Shown here in pieces: positions 1-9,800 of a DNA stretch of 64,000 bases (position 1 is the first letter of the stretch; each line of letters opens with the position of its first letter). Location of the stretch: the IMG/VR virus record IMGVR_UViG_3300027791_000007, positions 32,001-96,000 of that record; one strand, 5' to 3'. The position numbers were made by a program, and so were the translations under genes. Below the pieces are notes generated by a model. The model did not search any database, was not told where the DNA came from, and was given only the letters and a program-made list of their open reading frames with translations. Source of the stretch: a virus.

Positions 1-409
1 GTGCAACATCAAGAGATGTATTGACAAATATCATAAATGTATCGTATCCTAGAGTCTCTAGTGTCCTTGCCTGTCCAGAGATTTTATCATAATCGTGTCC
101 AGTTCCGTCAATCACAAGTCCTAGTCTACCTTCTACATAGTTATCTTGTCTCTTCTTAGTGATTTCTTTTGATCTATCTCTAATTTTATCTCTAGGTTCT
201 GCTTCTCTATCAGGCATTTTTAGAGAAAGGCCAGCGTCTTTGAGTTTTTTCTCAAAAACCTCGTCTGAATTTACAACCTTTAAACCCATACCACCAGTGG
301 TTCTTTTTACAACATAAGATTTACCACTACCTGGCCCTCCTGCTAAAAAGAATGCTTTAAGTATATTGGGATCGTAAACTCCTTCTTGTAGTTCTTTGTA
401 TGATTTCAT
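1..409 (-). CDS. P-loop kinase (zeta-toxin/AAA_33/PNK-like); runs off the window edge
   Basis: Manual translation MKSYKELQEGVYDPNILKAFFLAGGPGSGKS...VVNSD...LVIDGTG; Walker A GGPGSGKS; absent from the ORF track. Confidence 0.8.
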   Translation of the reverse strand, partial: MKSYKELQEGVYDPNILKAFFLAGGPGSGKSYVVKRTTGGMGLKVVNSDEVFEKKLKDAGLSLKMPDREAEPRDKIRDRSKEITKKRQDNYVEGRLGLVIDGTGHDYDKISGQARTLETLGYDTFMIFVNTSLDVA

Positions 410-530
410 GTTTAACCCTATCAATAGTTTTCAGCTGATATTTATCTTCTTCTGAAAGTGGTTCAAGTGTTCTGTCTCTATTTAAGAATTTGGATCTGTT
501 TCTCATATTGGCTCTTGTCTTTACGTTCAT
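357..530 (-). CDS. small hypothetical protein (57 aa)
   Basis: ATG after GAGGG; MNVKTRANMRNRSKF...; fills the gap between two genes. Confidence 0.4.
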   Translation of the reverse strand: MNVKTRANMRNRSKFLNRDRTLEPLSEEDKYQLKTIDRVKHEIIQRTTRRSLRSQYT

Positions 531-594
531 GAGTATTTCCCTCTTTTTCTATTATGATTGAAGCATAACAAATGTACTATTGAATCCCCCCCTT

Positions 595-2025
595 CTAAGT
601 GTAAAATTGATTATTAGTCAAACCTTGAGTGCCTGTCTCAAAATCATCTACCTCACCTACAATTTTTATAGGTGATTCAAATGAGTCTTTTGCAAGTCTC
701 ATTAGGATTGAGTGACTATTTGACATGTTTGAAAAAGTGTGTCGTAATGTAGTTACTAAGTATCTACCTTTGTAATATGGATTAATCTCTTCGCCTGTAT
801 GGTTTCTACCTTGAATAGGCATGTCAAACTCTACAATATCTCCACACGAAAGGTGGCTTTGTCCAATTATCTGTAAATTGACAGAAGCACCTTGGTTCAG
901 TTCTATAATCTTAGAACGTCTTGCTAAAGTAGAATCGTGAGATCTGTCGTTAGAGTACAAGAAACCCTCTCCATATTTAGCACCCTCTTTAATGTAGGAT
1001 GCATCTATATTTATATCTTTTGGACTCGCTGAAATGGGTGTAAGTTTAATACTTGCCTCTGGAAAATCACTTATTTTATTATCCCCATCAACCAATGAAT
1101 CTGGATATATTGGATTATCATTAGAAGTTGCATCAAAATTAATTCTCTTGTGTTTCTTAAAATCCTCAAGGTAATTGAATGTTTGTTTGTTATATTTTTT
1201 CTGAAATATGTCATGTTGTAGTAGTGTACTTGCCATCATACCATTTCTATAAGCAGTTACAGTATCAGAAATTGCACCTTGTTCAAAACTAGTAACTCTT
1301 TTTAGTTCTTTTTCGATATTAGGTGATTTAGCATTATCATCCTTACTTTGAGTACCGGCCTCAGCAGCAAAAAATGATTGTTTGCTATCTTGAGAATACA
1401 TACTCTGTAGACTTCTAAAATGTATACCTTTAGTATTTTCATAGAACACATAGTGTGGGGAATTACCTTCTTCGGATATTGCTTCAGCAGCAAGTCTCTG
1501 TAGAAATTCATAAGGTCTTTGATTGGGAACTATTACATTTCTATTACCCATAGATGGTTCAATAAAAAGGTCTCTTTTTGTTCTTACTTCATTCCTCAAT
1601 ATTTTTTCTGCAATCTCTGAACATGTTCCAGTGTATGCATTAGATACTCTCATCCTATGGTTTCTTAGTGCATCCTTTGTTATAACAGATATTTCTACAA
1701 GATTTGCCTTACCACCCATCTCTTGTTTAGTACCTATTCTATATACTATAAGTGGTGAGTTCGTAAAGTCAATATTCTGTCCTTTACCATCAAGCCCTGG
1801 CGTAGAGATTTTAAGTGTAATATAGTCATGTCCAGTAATAGGTAGATTTAAGTCTAGAGCATTTGTATCGTTGATTGTGATACTTCCAGACATTTGTTTT
1901 TCAAAAATGTTCTCAAACAAATCTACAGTAATAAGTAACTTACTTATATCAGTTACATTACCACTAGCAGTATGTAACTTAGCCTCTTCAACTTTAAACT
2001 CACCAGCAAAATTAATTCCAGCCAT
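595..2025 (-). CDS. putative baseplate hub (gp27-like) protein
   Basis: 476 aa, coupled to gp53; C-terminal GRYLVTTLRH motif typical of hub proteins. Confidence 0.6.
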   Translation of the reverse strand: MAGINFAGEFKVEEAKLHTASGNVTDISKLLITVDLFENIFEKQMSGSITINDTNALDLNLPITGHDYITLKISTPGLDGKGQNIDFTNSPLIVYRIGTKQEMGGKANLVEISVITKDALRNHRMRVSNAYTGTCSEIAEKILRNEVRTKRDLFIEPSMGNRNVIVPNQRPYEFLQRLAAEAISEEGNSPHYVFYENTKGIHFRSLQSMYSQDSKQSFFAAEAGTQSKDDNAKSPNIEKELKRVTSFEQGAISDTVTAYRNGMMASTLLQHDIFQKKYNKQTFNYLEDFKKHKRINFDATSNDNPIYPDSLVDGDNKISDFPEASIKLTPISASPKDINIDASYIKEGAKYGEGFLYSNDRSHDSTLARRSKIIELNQGASVNLQIIGQSHLSCGDIVEFDMPIQGRNHTGEEINPYYKGRYLVTTLRHTFSNMSNSHSILMRLAKDSFESPIKIVGEVDDFETGTQGLTNNQFYT

Positions 2026-2549
2026 TATATCACCGACTCACTTATTCTTGTTTTAAATTCATCTACAAAGTCTGGAACAAATTTAGGGTCGAGTAATCTA
2101 ATACTACGTTTAGTGTCTTGTTTCTTTTCTTCATATTCAAAGTTAGTTATAGGTGTTGCATTAGGATATGTATCTAAATCATTTACCTCTATGTTTACTG
2201 TTGTTTTGCCAGATGTTTGTGCTATTTCATAATGGTGTATAGAGTTTGGGTTTACATACTTATCTTTTACATATGCTTGGAATTGTGGGGTAGTCATAGG
2301 CCATCCATGATATCTATCTGTAATATTGTTCATCAATAAAATAACCCAATGTAACTCTGGATCATCGTAAAACTTATCAGCAAGAATTTCTGGTGAATCA
2401 CCCTCTTTGATATCATATGTATCAAACATTGCAGAGTTAGTGGATACTTTTGACCTTATGGCAACTCTTCTCAAAAGATTAGTCACATCTTTTAAATTAC
2501 CATTACCTTCATTGTCATAGGGTATTACTGGAAATGAATTAAAATACAT
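2025..2549 (-). CDS. gp53: baseplate wedge subunit gp53
   Basis: MYFNSFP...YDIKEGDSPEILA..FYDDPELHWVILLMN (LysM-like); synteny with gp48. Confidence 0.9.
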   Translation of the reverse strand: MYFNSFPVIPYDNEGNGNLKDVTNLLRRVAIRSKVSTNSAMFDTYDIKEGDSPEILADKFYDDPELHWVILLMNNITDRYHGWPMTTPQFQAYVKDKYVNPNSIHHYEIAQTSGKTTVNIEVNDLDTYPNATPITNFEYEEKKQDTKRSIRLLDPKFVPDFVDEFKTRISESVI

Positions 2550-2557
2550 CTTCTCTC

Positions 2558-2863
2558 CTAAACTGCAAAACTCTCACCACATCCACACGATGCAGTAGCA
2601 TTTGGGTTAATAACTTTTAAATAAGAACCACCTAACTCTTTTACATAATCTACTGTACAACCTATAACATACATTTCTGCTATAGGGTCTAGAACTAGTA
2701 AATCATCAATAGGTTTACCCCATTTGACATCAGGCCAGTTTTTCTTAAAATCCCAGACATATTGAAATCCAGAACAACCACCCCCATTAACACCTAAAGT
2801 GATGTGGTCATTTTCTTTAATACTAGTGAGATATTCTTTTGCATTATCTGTAAGTGTAACCAT
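2558..2863 (-). CDS. iscA: A-type Fe-S cluster carrier (IscA/HesB family)
   Basis: GGGCSGFQY and C-terminal CGCGESF motifs. Confidence 0.93.
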   Translation of the reverse strand: MVTLTDNAKEYLTSIKENDHITLGVNGGGCSGFQYVWDFKKNWPDVKWGKPIDDLLVLDPIAEMYVIGCTVDYVKELGGSYLKVINPNATASCGCGESFAV

Positions 2864-2865
2864 AA

Positions 2866-4083
2866 TTAGAATCCTTCGTGTACTCTTTCTCTGGTGATAA
2901 GTTCTAGTTCTCTAAAACTCAATGTTATGCTGGTCTCCACTGGTGGAGCACCATCTTCTTTTGCAGTAAATGTTTTATATCTACTTCCACCTTGTGATAC
3001 TTGTAAATCTTCTAATACGCATGTAGATATCTTATGTAGGTAATCATTCTCTTTACCATTATACATATACTCTATATCAAATGTATTAGGCATTATCATC
3101 TCTCGCCCATTTCTAACACCATCTTTAAACTCTGGTAACATGTTTGATTTAAAAGCAAATATAATTTTGCGTATTTCTTCTGATTCTTTGTCGTTTCTTG
3201 GTATCATCTTGAATGTATACTGAAAGGCTCTTTTATCAATACCTTTAAATGCAAGTTCCATTCTGTCTGATTGAATAAATCCTTGAGCAATCTCAAATGC
3301 TTCTGTTGCACCACCCATACCAGGCAATGCACCTACCATTGAAAGTATAGTACCCTTTACACCCTCTTTTAATGCTTGTCCACCTCTATTAATCGCCGTT
3401 TTCATAGAACTTTCAGCACCCCTTCCAGCCATAACAGAAGAATATACATCCATTGCGGCTGCAGTTCCACCACCAATTGGAGTATCGGAATACTGTGATT
3501 TATATGATACTTGTACTTGTGGAGGCATGTACAATGCAATTGCTGTATCTAATCTTGTTGTTGGTGGTCTCTTTAAAAATACTGTAGAACCAGAAGTTTT
3601 TTTTGCACCGACACGGCTTGTCGCTGGTTTGATGTTAGTGTTTCGGTTTGGAGGCCCACCAGCAAGTGGGATATCAGCGTGTACTTGTTTCTGTACTTCG
3701 TTTGATTGTTTTGTATCAGTCTTGCCAGAACCATCTGGTAGCATTTCTTTAATGTATTTTGGAATATTTCTACTCTTCTCTTCTCTCTTCATTTGGGCTG
3801 AACCAGATTCTGGCGTTCCAAATTTCAATTTAGCGTTTGACTGTTGATTGACATAAAAGATCATGTAATGTCCATGATTACCCAATCCAGGCGCTGCTGT
3901 AACATCTATCGGAAATGCATACATCTTCGGTGATTTCGCTTTTCGGTTTAGTCCAGCGAAATCAGAGCTATCCCCACCTCTACCAGATATAATACCAGCA
4001 AGGCCTGGTAAGTTGCCAGATACTTTTCTTAATGTTTTTTTGAGCGTTGAAACTGCTCTTGATCTACTAAAATCTATTGCCAT
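2866..4083 (-). CDS. gp48: baseplate tail-tube cap gp48
   Basis: IALYMP...FKGIDKRAFQYTFKMIPRN..ES...ITLSFRELE; divergent from gp4 as in marine T4-like phages. Confidence 0.85.
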   Translation of the reverse strand: MAIDFSRSRAVSTLKKTLRKVSGNLPGLAGIISGRGGDSSDFAGLNRKAKSPKMYAFPIDVTAAPGLGNHGHYMIFYVNQQSNAKLKFGTPESGSAQMKREEKSRNIPKYIKEMLPDGSGKTDTKQSNEVQKQVHADIPLAGGPPNRNTNIKPATSRVGAKKTSGSTVFLKRPPTTRLDTAIALYMPPQVQVSYKSQYSDTPIGGGTAAAMDVYSSVMAGRGAESSMKTAINRGGQALKEGVKGTILSMVGALPGMGGATEAFEIAQGFIQSDRMELAFKGIDKRAFQYTFKMIPRNDKESEEIRKIIFAFKSNMLPEFKDGVRNGREMIMPNTFDIEYMYNGKENDYLHKISTCVLEDLQVSQGGSRYKTFTAKEDGAPPVETSITLSFRELELITRERVHEGF

Positions 4084-4115
4084 GTCTACCCCTAAATAGT
4101 TCGGAAGGTTATAAC

Positions 4116-4123
4116 TATTTATA
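4116..4123 (-). promoter_or_regulatory. T4-type late promoter TATAAATA (gp48 operon)
   Basis: Exact TATAAATA on the minus strand, 32 nt upstream of gp48. Confidence 0.75.
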
Positions 4124-4570
4124 ATGGCTTACAAAGGAAAATACCAACTAAAGAACACTCACAAGTATATTGGCAATCCTATGAATGTGGTATACCGTTC
4201 CCTTTGGGAGCGTAAGTTCATGGTATATGCTGATAATAGTAATAACATTCTAGAATGGGGAAGTGAAGAACACATAATTCCCTATGTATCTCCGTGGGAT
4301 GGAAGGAAACATAGATATTTTCCAGATTTCTACATTAAGGCAAAACAAACAGATGGTTCTATTAAGAAGTTTATTATTGAAATTAAACCAAAAAACCAGT
4401 GTAGTCCACCAGAAAAGAAACCTGCTCGAAAGACAAAAGCATGGTATAATAAGGTAAAAACATGGGGTATTAATCAGGCAAAATGGCGTTATGCAAATGA
4501 GTATTGTCTGGATAGGAATTGGGAATTTAAAATACTAACAGAAGAACATCTAGGAATAAGGTATAAATAG
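4124..4570 (+). CDS. gp4: head completion nuclease gp4 (TnsA-like)
   Basis: MAYKGKY...YRSLWE...WGSEE..IPY...RYFPDF...IEIKP...NQAKW. Confidence 0.92.
   Translation: MAYKGKYQLKNTHKYIGNPMNVVYRSLWERKFMVYADNSNNILEWGSEEHIIPYVSPWDGRKHRYFPDFYIKAKQTDGSIKKFIIEIKPKNQCSPPEKKPARKTKAWYNKVKTWGINQAKWRYANEYCLDRNWEFKILTEEHLGIRYK
4562..4569 (+). promoter_or_regulatory. late promoter TATAAATA
   Basis: Exact motif, 5 nt before the ATG at 4575. Confidence 0.7.
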
Positions 4571-4574
4571 TAGT

Positions 4575-4982
4575 ATGTATGAGTATAAATGTAAAATATT
4601 AAGAGTTGTAGATGGCGACACAGTAGATGTTGACATTGATTTAGGTTTCGGTATGTGGATGCACAAAGAACGAATTAGACTATATGGTATTGATACACCA
4701 GAGTCTAGAACCAGAGATTTAGAAGAAAAAAGGTATGGGAATATAGCAAAAGAAGTAGTCAAGTCTCATATGCCCGTTGGTTCTACACAAACACTAATTA
4801 CAGAAAAAGATAAGTCTGGAAAATATGGTAGAATACTTGGTAAGTTCAGATTAGAAGATGGTAGTATCCTTAACGACTTCATGATTGAAAAACATTATGC
4901 AGTTGCATATCATGGACAATCAAAAGATGACGTTGAATCAGAACACCTTGAAAATAGAAAGAAATTAGATGGCAGTATCTAA
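4575..4982 (+). CDS. thermonuclease (SNase-like)
   Basis: RVVDGDT...RIRLYGIDTPE...GKYGRILG. Confidence 0.9.
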   Translation: MYEYKCKILRVVDGDTVDVDIDLGFGMWMHKERIRLYGIDTPESRTRDLEEKRYGNIAKEVVKSHMPVGSTQTLITEKDKSGKYGRILGKFRLEDGSILNDFMIEKHYAVAYHGQSKDDVESEHLENRKKLDGSI

Positions 4983-5526
4983 GTACATTAAAGCAGTTCA
5001 AGACGCGGCAAAAGGTCGTCCAAAGTCTACTGATTGGTATAGAGAAAAAATAAAAGAGTTTGGCACACCAACCACTATGGACTTAATCAGAGATGGTAAA
5101 AGGTCAACCAGACCACACTTTGGGCGTTTAAATATGTTTATCTATTCACCTAGAGATGCAAAGAAGTTGCCCTACTATGATACATTCCCTTTAGTTCTAC
5201 CGTTAGAACTATATAGTGATGGATTTTTAGGTATCAACTTTCACTATCTACCAATACCACTTAGAATAAGATTGCTTGATAGAATAGTAGACTTTAGTAG
5301 TAATACATTGTTTAATGAAAAAACTATACTAAATGTCACATATAATAAAGTAAAAGGTATTAGATTAGTCAAACCAACTATACATAAATACTTGGCAGGA
5401 TATACAAAAAGTCAATTCAGAAGAATTGATGCAGATGAATTAACTGTAGCAACTCTACTGCCAGTGCAAAGATTTAAGAAAGCCTCTGCAGCAGCAGTCT
5501 GGTCAGATTCAAGAAAGATGGTATAA
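4969..5526 (+). CDS. gp2: DNA end protector gp2
   Basis: LPYYDTFPLV...GFLGINFHYLP. Confidence 0.9.
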   Translation: MAVSKYIKAVQDAAKGRPKSTDWYREKIKEFGTPTTMDLIRDGKRSTRPHFGRLNMFIYSPRDAKKLPYYDTFPLVLPLELYSDGFLGINFHYLPIPLRIRLLDRIVDFSSNTLFNEKTILNVTYNKVKGIRLVKPTIHKYLAGYTKSQFRRIDADELTVATLLPVQRFKKASAAAVWSDSRKMV

Positions 5527-6257
5527 TGAGTATTGCAAAAGATATACTAAGACAATTAGGTGTTGTATCAGATGACATTGAAAGCGCAGCCGCTGGGTTT
5601 CGTAACGATGGTGTTGCACAACCTAACAAGTTTGAAGTAATTCTATCATGTCCAACTGGAACTAGAGGTTCACAGACAGGCGGCAATGCACTAGATAACG
5701 TATTTTCCCTACTTATGGGTAAAGTTAATAGTGATGGAACAGCAAGAGCAACTGGATTGAGATGTTCACAAATATCTTTTCCAGGCAGAACTCTTGATAC
5801 CGAAGCAGACACAAACATATATGGCCCGACAAGAGAAATTGTTCAAGGATATAGTTATCCAGAAGTAACAGGCACTTTTCAGTGTGGCCCAGATATGAAA
5901 GAAAAACAATTATTTGAGAGTTGGCAAAGACTCGCATATAATCCACAGACTTGGTCTATGGGATACTACGATGACTACGTTGGTAGTGTCACTATATACC
6001 AATTAAACAATTTGAACGCCAGAACATATGGCATTGAATTAGTTGATGCATTTCCAAAACAAATTGCAGAACAAGCTTTGGACTATGCAACCAATGACTC
6101 CTTTCACACTGTAGGTGTAACATTCTCCTATAGATATTGGAAGTCTTTAAATTCTGAAAGTTCATTGCCTGCACCAATAGAAGAAATGCTTGAATCAATT
6201 GGTGTTGATACAGTGAGAAGGACGAATTTGAAAAACGTAGCATTTACGAAAAGATAA
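5526..6257 (+). CDS. tail tube-like / baseplate-tube initiator (gp54/gp19 family)
   Basis: PNKFEV...FPGRTL...FESWQ...YYDDYVG...AFPK...VTFSYRYW. Confidence 0.8.
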   Translation: MSIAKDILRQLGVVSDDIESAAAGFRNDGVAQPNKFEVILSCPTGTRGSQTGGNALDNVFSLLMGKVNSDGTARATGLRCSQISFPGRTLDTEADTNIYGPTREIVQGYSYPEVTGTFQCGPDMKEKQLFESWQRLAYNPQTWSMGYYDDYVGSVTIYQLNNLNARTYGIELVDAFPKQIAEQALDYATNDSFHTVGVTFSYRYWKSLNSESSLPAPIEEMLESIGVDTVRRTNLKNVAFTKR

Positions 6258-6277
6258 TTAATAAAGGATGAATAATT

Positions 6278-6982
6278 ATGGCACTACCAAGACTAGATAC
6301 CCCTACCTATGAAATAACAATTCCTAGTTCAGGCGTAATAACAAAATACCGTCCATTCTTAGTCAAAGAACAAAAAGTTCTTATGATGGCACAAGAGAGT
6401 GACGATGTAGGCAATATAGCAAATACAATTACTGAATTAGTTGCATCTTGTACCGATGGTGGTATTGATGCACAGAGACAACCAGTATTTGATATTGAAT
6501 ACTTGTTTATGAAAATTCGTGCAAAATCAGTTGGGGAAACTGCTAAAGTATCTGTACTTTGCCCAGATGATGGAAAGACAAAAGTTTCAATTGATATTAA
6601 ACTAGATGAAATTGAAACTCAAATGTTTGATGAACACACAAATGTTGTTTCTATAACAGATAAAATTAACCTTATTATGAGATACCCTACACTAAAGGAT
6701 TATGCAAAATATTCCACTGGTGGGGATGCAACAATGATGTTTGAGATGATTAATCATTGTATTAATGAAATGCATTTTGATGATAAGATTTACAAAAGAG
6801 TTGATGTATCAGATAAAGAGGTACAAGAATTTGTTGATCAGATGAATACACAACAATTTCAAGCAGTAGTTGGTTTCTTTGAAACTATGCCTAGACTTAG
6901 ACATGAAATTACGGTAGTCAATCCAAAGACTAAAGTAGAATCTACTGTGCTATTGGAGGGGCTGCAAAGTTTTTTAGGGTAA
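6278..6982 (+). CDS. gp26: baseplate hub assembly protein gp26
   Basis: MALPRL..PTYE..PS...YRPFLVKEQK...DIEYLF..IRAKSVGE...FFETMP. Confidence 0.9.
   Translation: MALPRLDTPTYEITIPSSGVITKYRPFLVKEQKVLMMAQESDDVGNIANTITELVASCTDGGIDAQRQPVFDIEYLFMKIRAKSVGETAKVSVLCPDDGKTKVSIDIKLDEIETQMFDEHTNVVSITDKINLIMRYPTLKDYAKYSTGGDATMMFEMINHCINEMHFDDKIYKRVDVSDKEVQEFVDQMNTQQFQAVVGFFETMPRLRHEITVVNPKTKVESTVLLEGLQSFLG
6970..6976 (+). promoter_or_regulatory. putative -1 ribosomal frameshift heptamer T TTT TTA
   Basis: X XXY YYZ pattern in the gp26 frame just before its stop; the -1 frame is the open gp51 frame. Confidence 0.65.
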
Positions 6983-7170
6983 TCCTTTCTCATGAAACAC
7001 TAGAAAACTATTACAAGATGAACTTCTCGTTGATGCAACATCATCAATATAGTTTGAGTGAATTAGAAGATATGATACCTTGGGAAAGGGATATATATAC
7101 TGGATTACTTGCAGAATACATTAAAAAAGAAAATGAAAGAGTAGAGAGAGAAAACAATAAGAATAAATAG
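6976..7170 (+). CDS. gp51: gp51-like hub assembly chaperone; -1 frame of gp26, first in-frame ATG at 7018
   Basis: Manual translation RVILSHETLENYYKMNFSLMQHHQYSLSELEDMIPWERDIYTGLL...; absent from the ORF track. Confidence 0.85.
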   Translation, partial: RVILSHETLENYYKMNFSLMQHHQYSLSELEDMIPWERDIYTGLLAEYIKKENERVERENNKNK

Positions 7171-7212
7171 ATGTAAAGGAAATACTTATGTTAATTAAAT
7201 TAGTAGGGGGAA

Positions 7213-7332
7213 ATGATGAAGACCCCTTTAGTATCAGAAGTAAGGAAATGGGTGTTTAGGGCATATATTGTTTGGAGTATATGTGCTGATATCGCCTTAC
7301 TTAGCGGCCTAATTTATTTGATTGTATTTTAA
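7213..7332 (+). CDS. small membrane peptide (39 aa)
   Basis: AGGGGG SD; MMKTPLVSEVRKWVFRAYIVWSICADIALLSGLIYLIVF. Confidence 0.55.
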   Translation: MMKTPLVSEVRKWVFRAYIVWSICADIALLSGLIYLIVF

Positions 7333-7347
7333 CGAGAGGAAGAATAA

Positions 7348-7677
7348 ATGGCAGAAGAAATTAAAAAGGCTGGATTCCATCCAGCAGATAGTAACGGTGA
7401 TGGCAATGTTAGTCCAGATGAACATCAGATGTATCTGGAATTTAAAAGAAAAGAATTAGAGGATGTAGATGCGAGGCGTGATGCAATGAGATATATGACA
7501 TGGTTTGCTCTAATGGGTATGTTATTCTATCCATCAGGCATTTTGATTACATCACTGTTAGGACAAGAAGTAGCTGCAAAGTTGATTGCTAATATTGCAC
7601 CTACATATTTTGTTGCAATCTCAGCATTAGTTGCTGCTTATTTTGGTGCAAATGCATACGCTGATAAAAAGAAATAG
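7348..7677 (+). CDS. two-TM membrane protein with an EF-hand-like loop
   Basis: DSNGDGNVSPDE loop; two hydrophobic helices; GAGGA SD. Confidence 0.75.
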   Translation: MAEEIKKAGFHPADSNGDGNVSPDEHQMYLEFKRKELEDVDARRDAMRYMTWFALMGMLFYPSGILITSLLGQEVAAKLIANIAPTYFVAISALVAAYFGANAYADKKK

Positions 7678-7686
7678 GAAAAGTAA

Positions 7687-7899
7687 ATGACTCAAGAGAC
7701 AGAACGAACTGCTATAGAGTTTAGTGAAGATGGTAAAGTAGAACAAATTATTGTTGATCCTGCTGGTAAGGGTGATGTTCAAGCAGGTATTGAATTTATA
7801 TATCACATGAGAGAACACATATTAGATGTAGGTGTAGCAACAGCATACTTATTTGGTTGTTATGCATTGTATCTATGGTTAAAGAAGGTAATTAAGTAA
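7687..7899 (+). CDS. small membrane protein
   Basis: C-terminal TM helix; coupled to the next gene. Confidence 0.65.
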   Translation: MTQETERTAIEFSEDGKVEQIIVDPAGKGDVQAGIEFIYHMREHILDVGVATAYLFGCYALYLWLKKVIK

Positions 7900-9800
7900 T
7901 GGCTGATAAATTCGACAGAGATATAATTAATGCCCTAAAAGCAAACAATGCAAAACTTGCTGAATCAATTGAATCAGATAAGAAGAAAGCATTAGATGAC
8001 AAAGTTTACAGTGCTGATCAAGTTGCAGAATTGAGGAAACTCTCAAAGGTTTCTGGCACCGCTGCAAAAGGTGTATCTAAAGAAGCAAGAGCAGCTGCAG
8101 ATAGGGATATCAAAGTCTTAGACAATCAGGCAAAACTCTTAGGTATATCAGCAGAAGAACTTGCAGGCAGACAAGCAGAAAAATCAGATATTGAAGCACA
8201 AAAAGTTGCACTACAAGAAATGAAAGATGCGATAACAAAAGCTGGTGGTAATGCAGAAGAGAATATTGCACTACAAAGAGATGCAGCTGGTATTGCACGA
8301 CAAGAAGCAAGATTAGAAAAAAAGAATAAAATGGGTATCGCTGGTAGAATGAAAGAAGAAGCGAAATCTAGAGCAGCAAATATGGCTGCAACATTTAAAT
8401 CATTAGCGAGTTTAGAAGGTATCAAAAATGGATTAAAAGGTTTAGGTGGTGGTGTTGTAGATGTGGCAAAGAGTGGTGCTGGTGGATTAATTGGTATGAT
8501 TAAGAAAGGTGCTTTAGCACTCTTACTTCCAGCAATCTTTGCATTTGTTAATAGTAAATACTTCGACCAACTAAAAACCTTTTTAATAAACAAAGTAATA
8601 CCAGCAGTTATGGCACTTGTTAAGGTATTCAAAGAAGATATTTTTCCAGTAATTATGAAAATAGTAGATTTCTTTGTAAAAGAGATATACCCAATTATTG
8701 AAGATGTATTCCTTAAACAGTGGGCTAATATTAAAAAGGTATTCAGTGGAATTGGTGATGCATTTAAACTATTTCAAGAGGGTGATATTCTTGGTGGTAT
8801 CACAAAACTATTTGGTTCAATTGGAACATTCCTAATAGATACCTTAGATAATGCTGTCACTGGTATATTTAATGTAATTGGTAAGATATTTGGATTTGAG
8901 GGAACTGATTCTATAGGTGGATCTATCAGTAAATTTTTTAGTGACATATACGGTAATATCACTGGGTTCATATCCAAAACTTGGAATGGTGTAAAAGACG
9001 GCGCAAAAAATGTATTTAAGAGTGTCACTGGTGTTTTTTCATCAGCGTTTAATTTTGCAAAAGATAAGGTAACTGCTGGTTGGAATGGAATTACTAGTTT
9101 TGTTAGTGATAAGTTTGCAAATATCATAGGTTTTTTTAAGGATCTGTTTACATTCAAACCAGGCGATACTTTTGCCACTAAGTTTTTAGATATAATCCTA
9201 CTACCTTATAATCTTGCAATAAACTTCTTTAGAGATATATTTGGTTTTGGTAAAGATGAACAAGGTAAAACAACACCATTTAGTCTGGGTAAGTATATTA
9301 TGAGTGTTGTTGATGATGCTATAGATTTTGTAAAAGGTTTATTTGACTTTAAAGTTCCTAGTATGGGTAAAATAGCTGGTGATGCTGGTAATATGATAGC
9401 TAATCTTCTAAAGTCTATTCTACCACCCCCAGATTTCTTATCTTTTGATTTACCATCTATGACTTTATTTGGTAAAAAGTTTGGTGGTGGTGAAGTGAAC
9501 CTTAACCCTATACCAGATGCAGTTTATAAGTTTGCTGGATTAGATCCAGCAACAGGCTTAGATTTAGTTAATAATGCAAATTCTGTTGAGGCAGGATCAA
9601 TTGATCCAGTTGCAGAGGCAGAAAAGAAAAAGATGATTACTGGTTCAGAACAAATGTCTAATCCAAGAGGTGGTACAACAAACACCACAGTAATTAGGGA
9701 TGAGAGAAAAACTATTGATAATGCGAATAAATCCACAACCTACCAAGGGCAGTCGTTAATGCATAACAACAATGCCCCTGGCTTTGATGGTGTATTTTAG
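7899..9800 (+). CDS. putative tape measure protein (gp29-like)
   Basis: Coiled-coil N-terminus, then Gly/Ile/Phe-rich amphipathic repeats; downstream of gp26/gp51. Confidence 0.7.
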   Translation: MADKFDRDIINALKANNAKLAESIESDKKKALDDKVYSADQVAELRKLSKVSGTAAKGVSKEARAAADRDIKVLDNQAKLLGISAEELAGRQAEKSDIEAQKVALQEMKDAITKAGGNAEENIALQRDAAGIARQEARLEKKNKMGIAGRMKEEAKSRAANMAATFKSLASLEGIKNGLKGLGGGVVDVAKSGAGGLIGMIKKGALALLLPAIFAFVNSKYFDQLKTFLINKVIPAVMALVKVFKEDIFPVIMKIVDFFVKEIYPIIEDVFLKQWANIKKVFSGIGDAFKLFQEGDILGGITKLFGSIGTFLIDTLDNAVTGIFNVIGKIFGFEGTDSIGGSISKFFSDIYGNITGFISKTWNGVKDGAKNVFKSVTGVFSSAFNFAKDKVTAGWNGITSFVSDKFANIIGFFKDLFTFKPGDTFATKFLDIILLPYNLAINFFRDIFGFGKDEQGKTTPFSLGKYIMSVVDDAIDFVKGLFDFKVPSMGKIAGDAGNMIANLLKSILPPPDFLSFDLPSMTLFGKKFGGGEVNLNPIPDAVYKFAGLDPATGLDLVNNANSVEAGSIDPVAEAEKKKMITGSEQMSNPRGGTTNTTVIRDERKTIDNANKSTTYQGQSLMHNNNAPGFDGVF

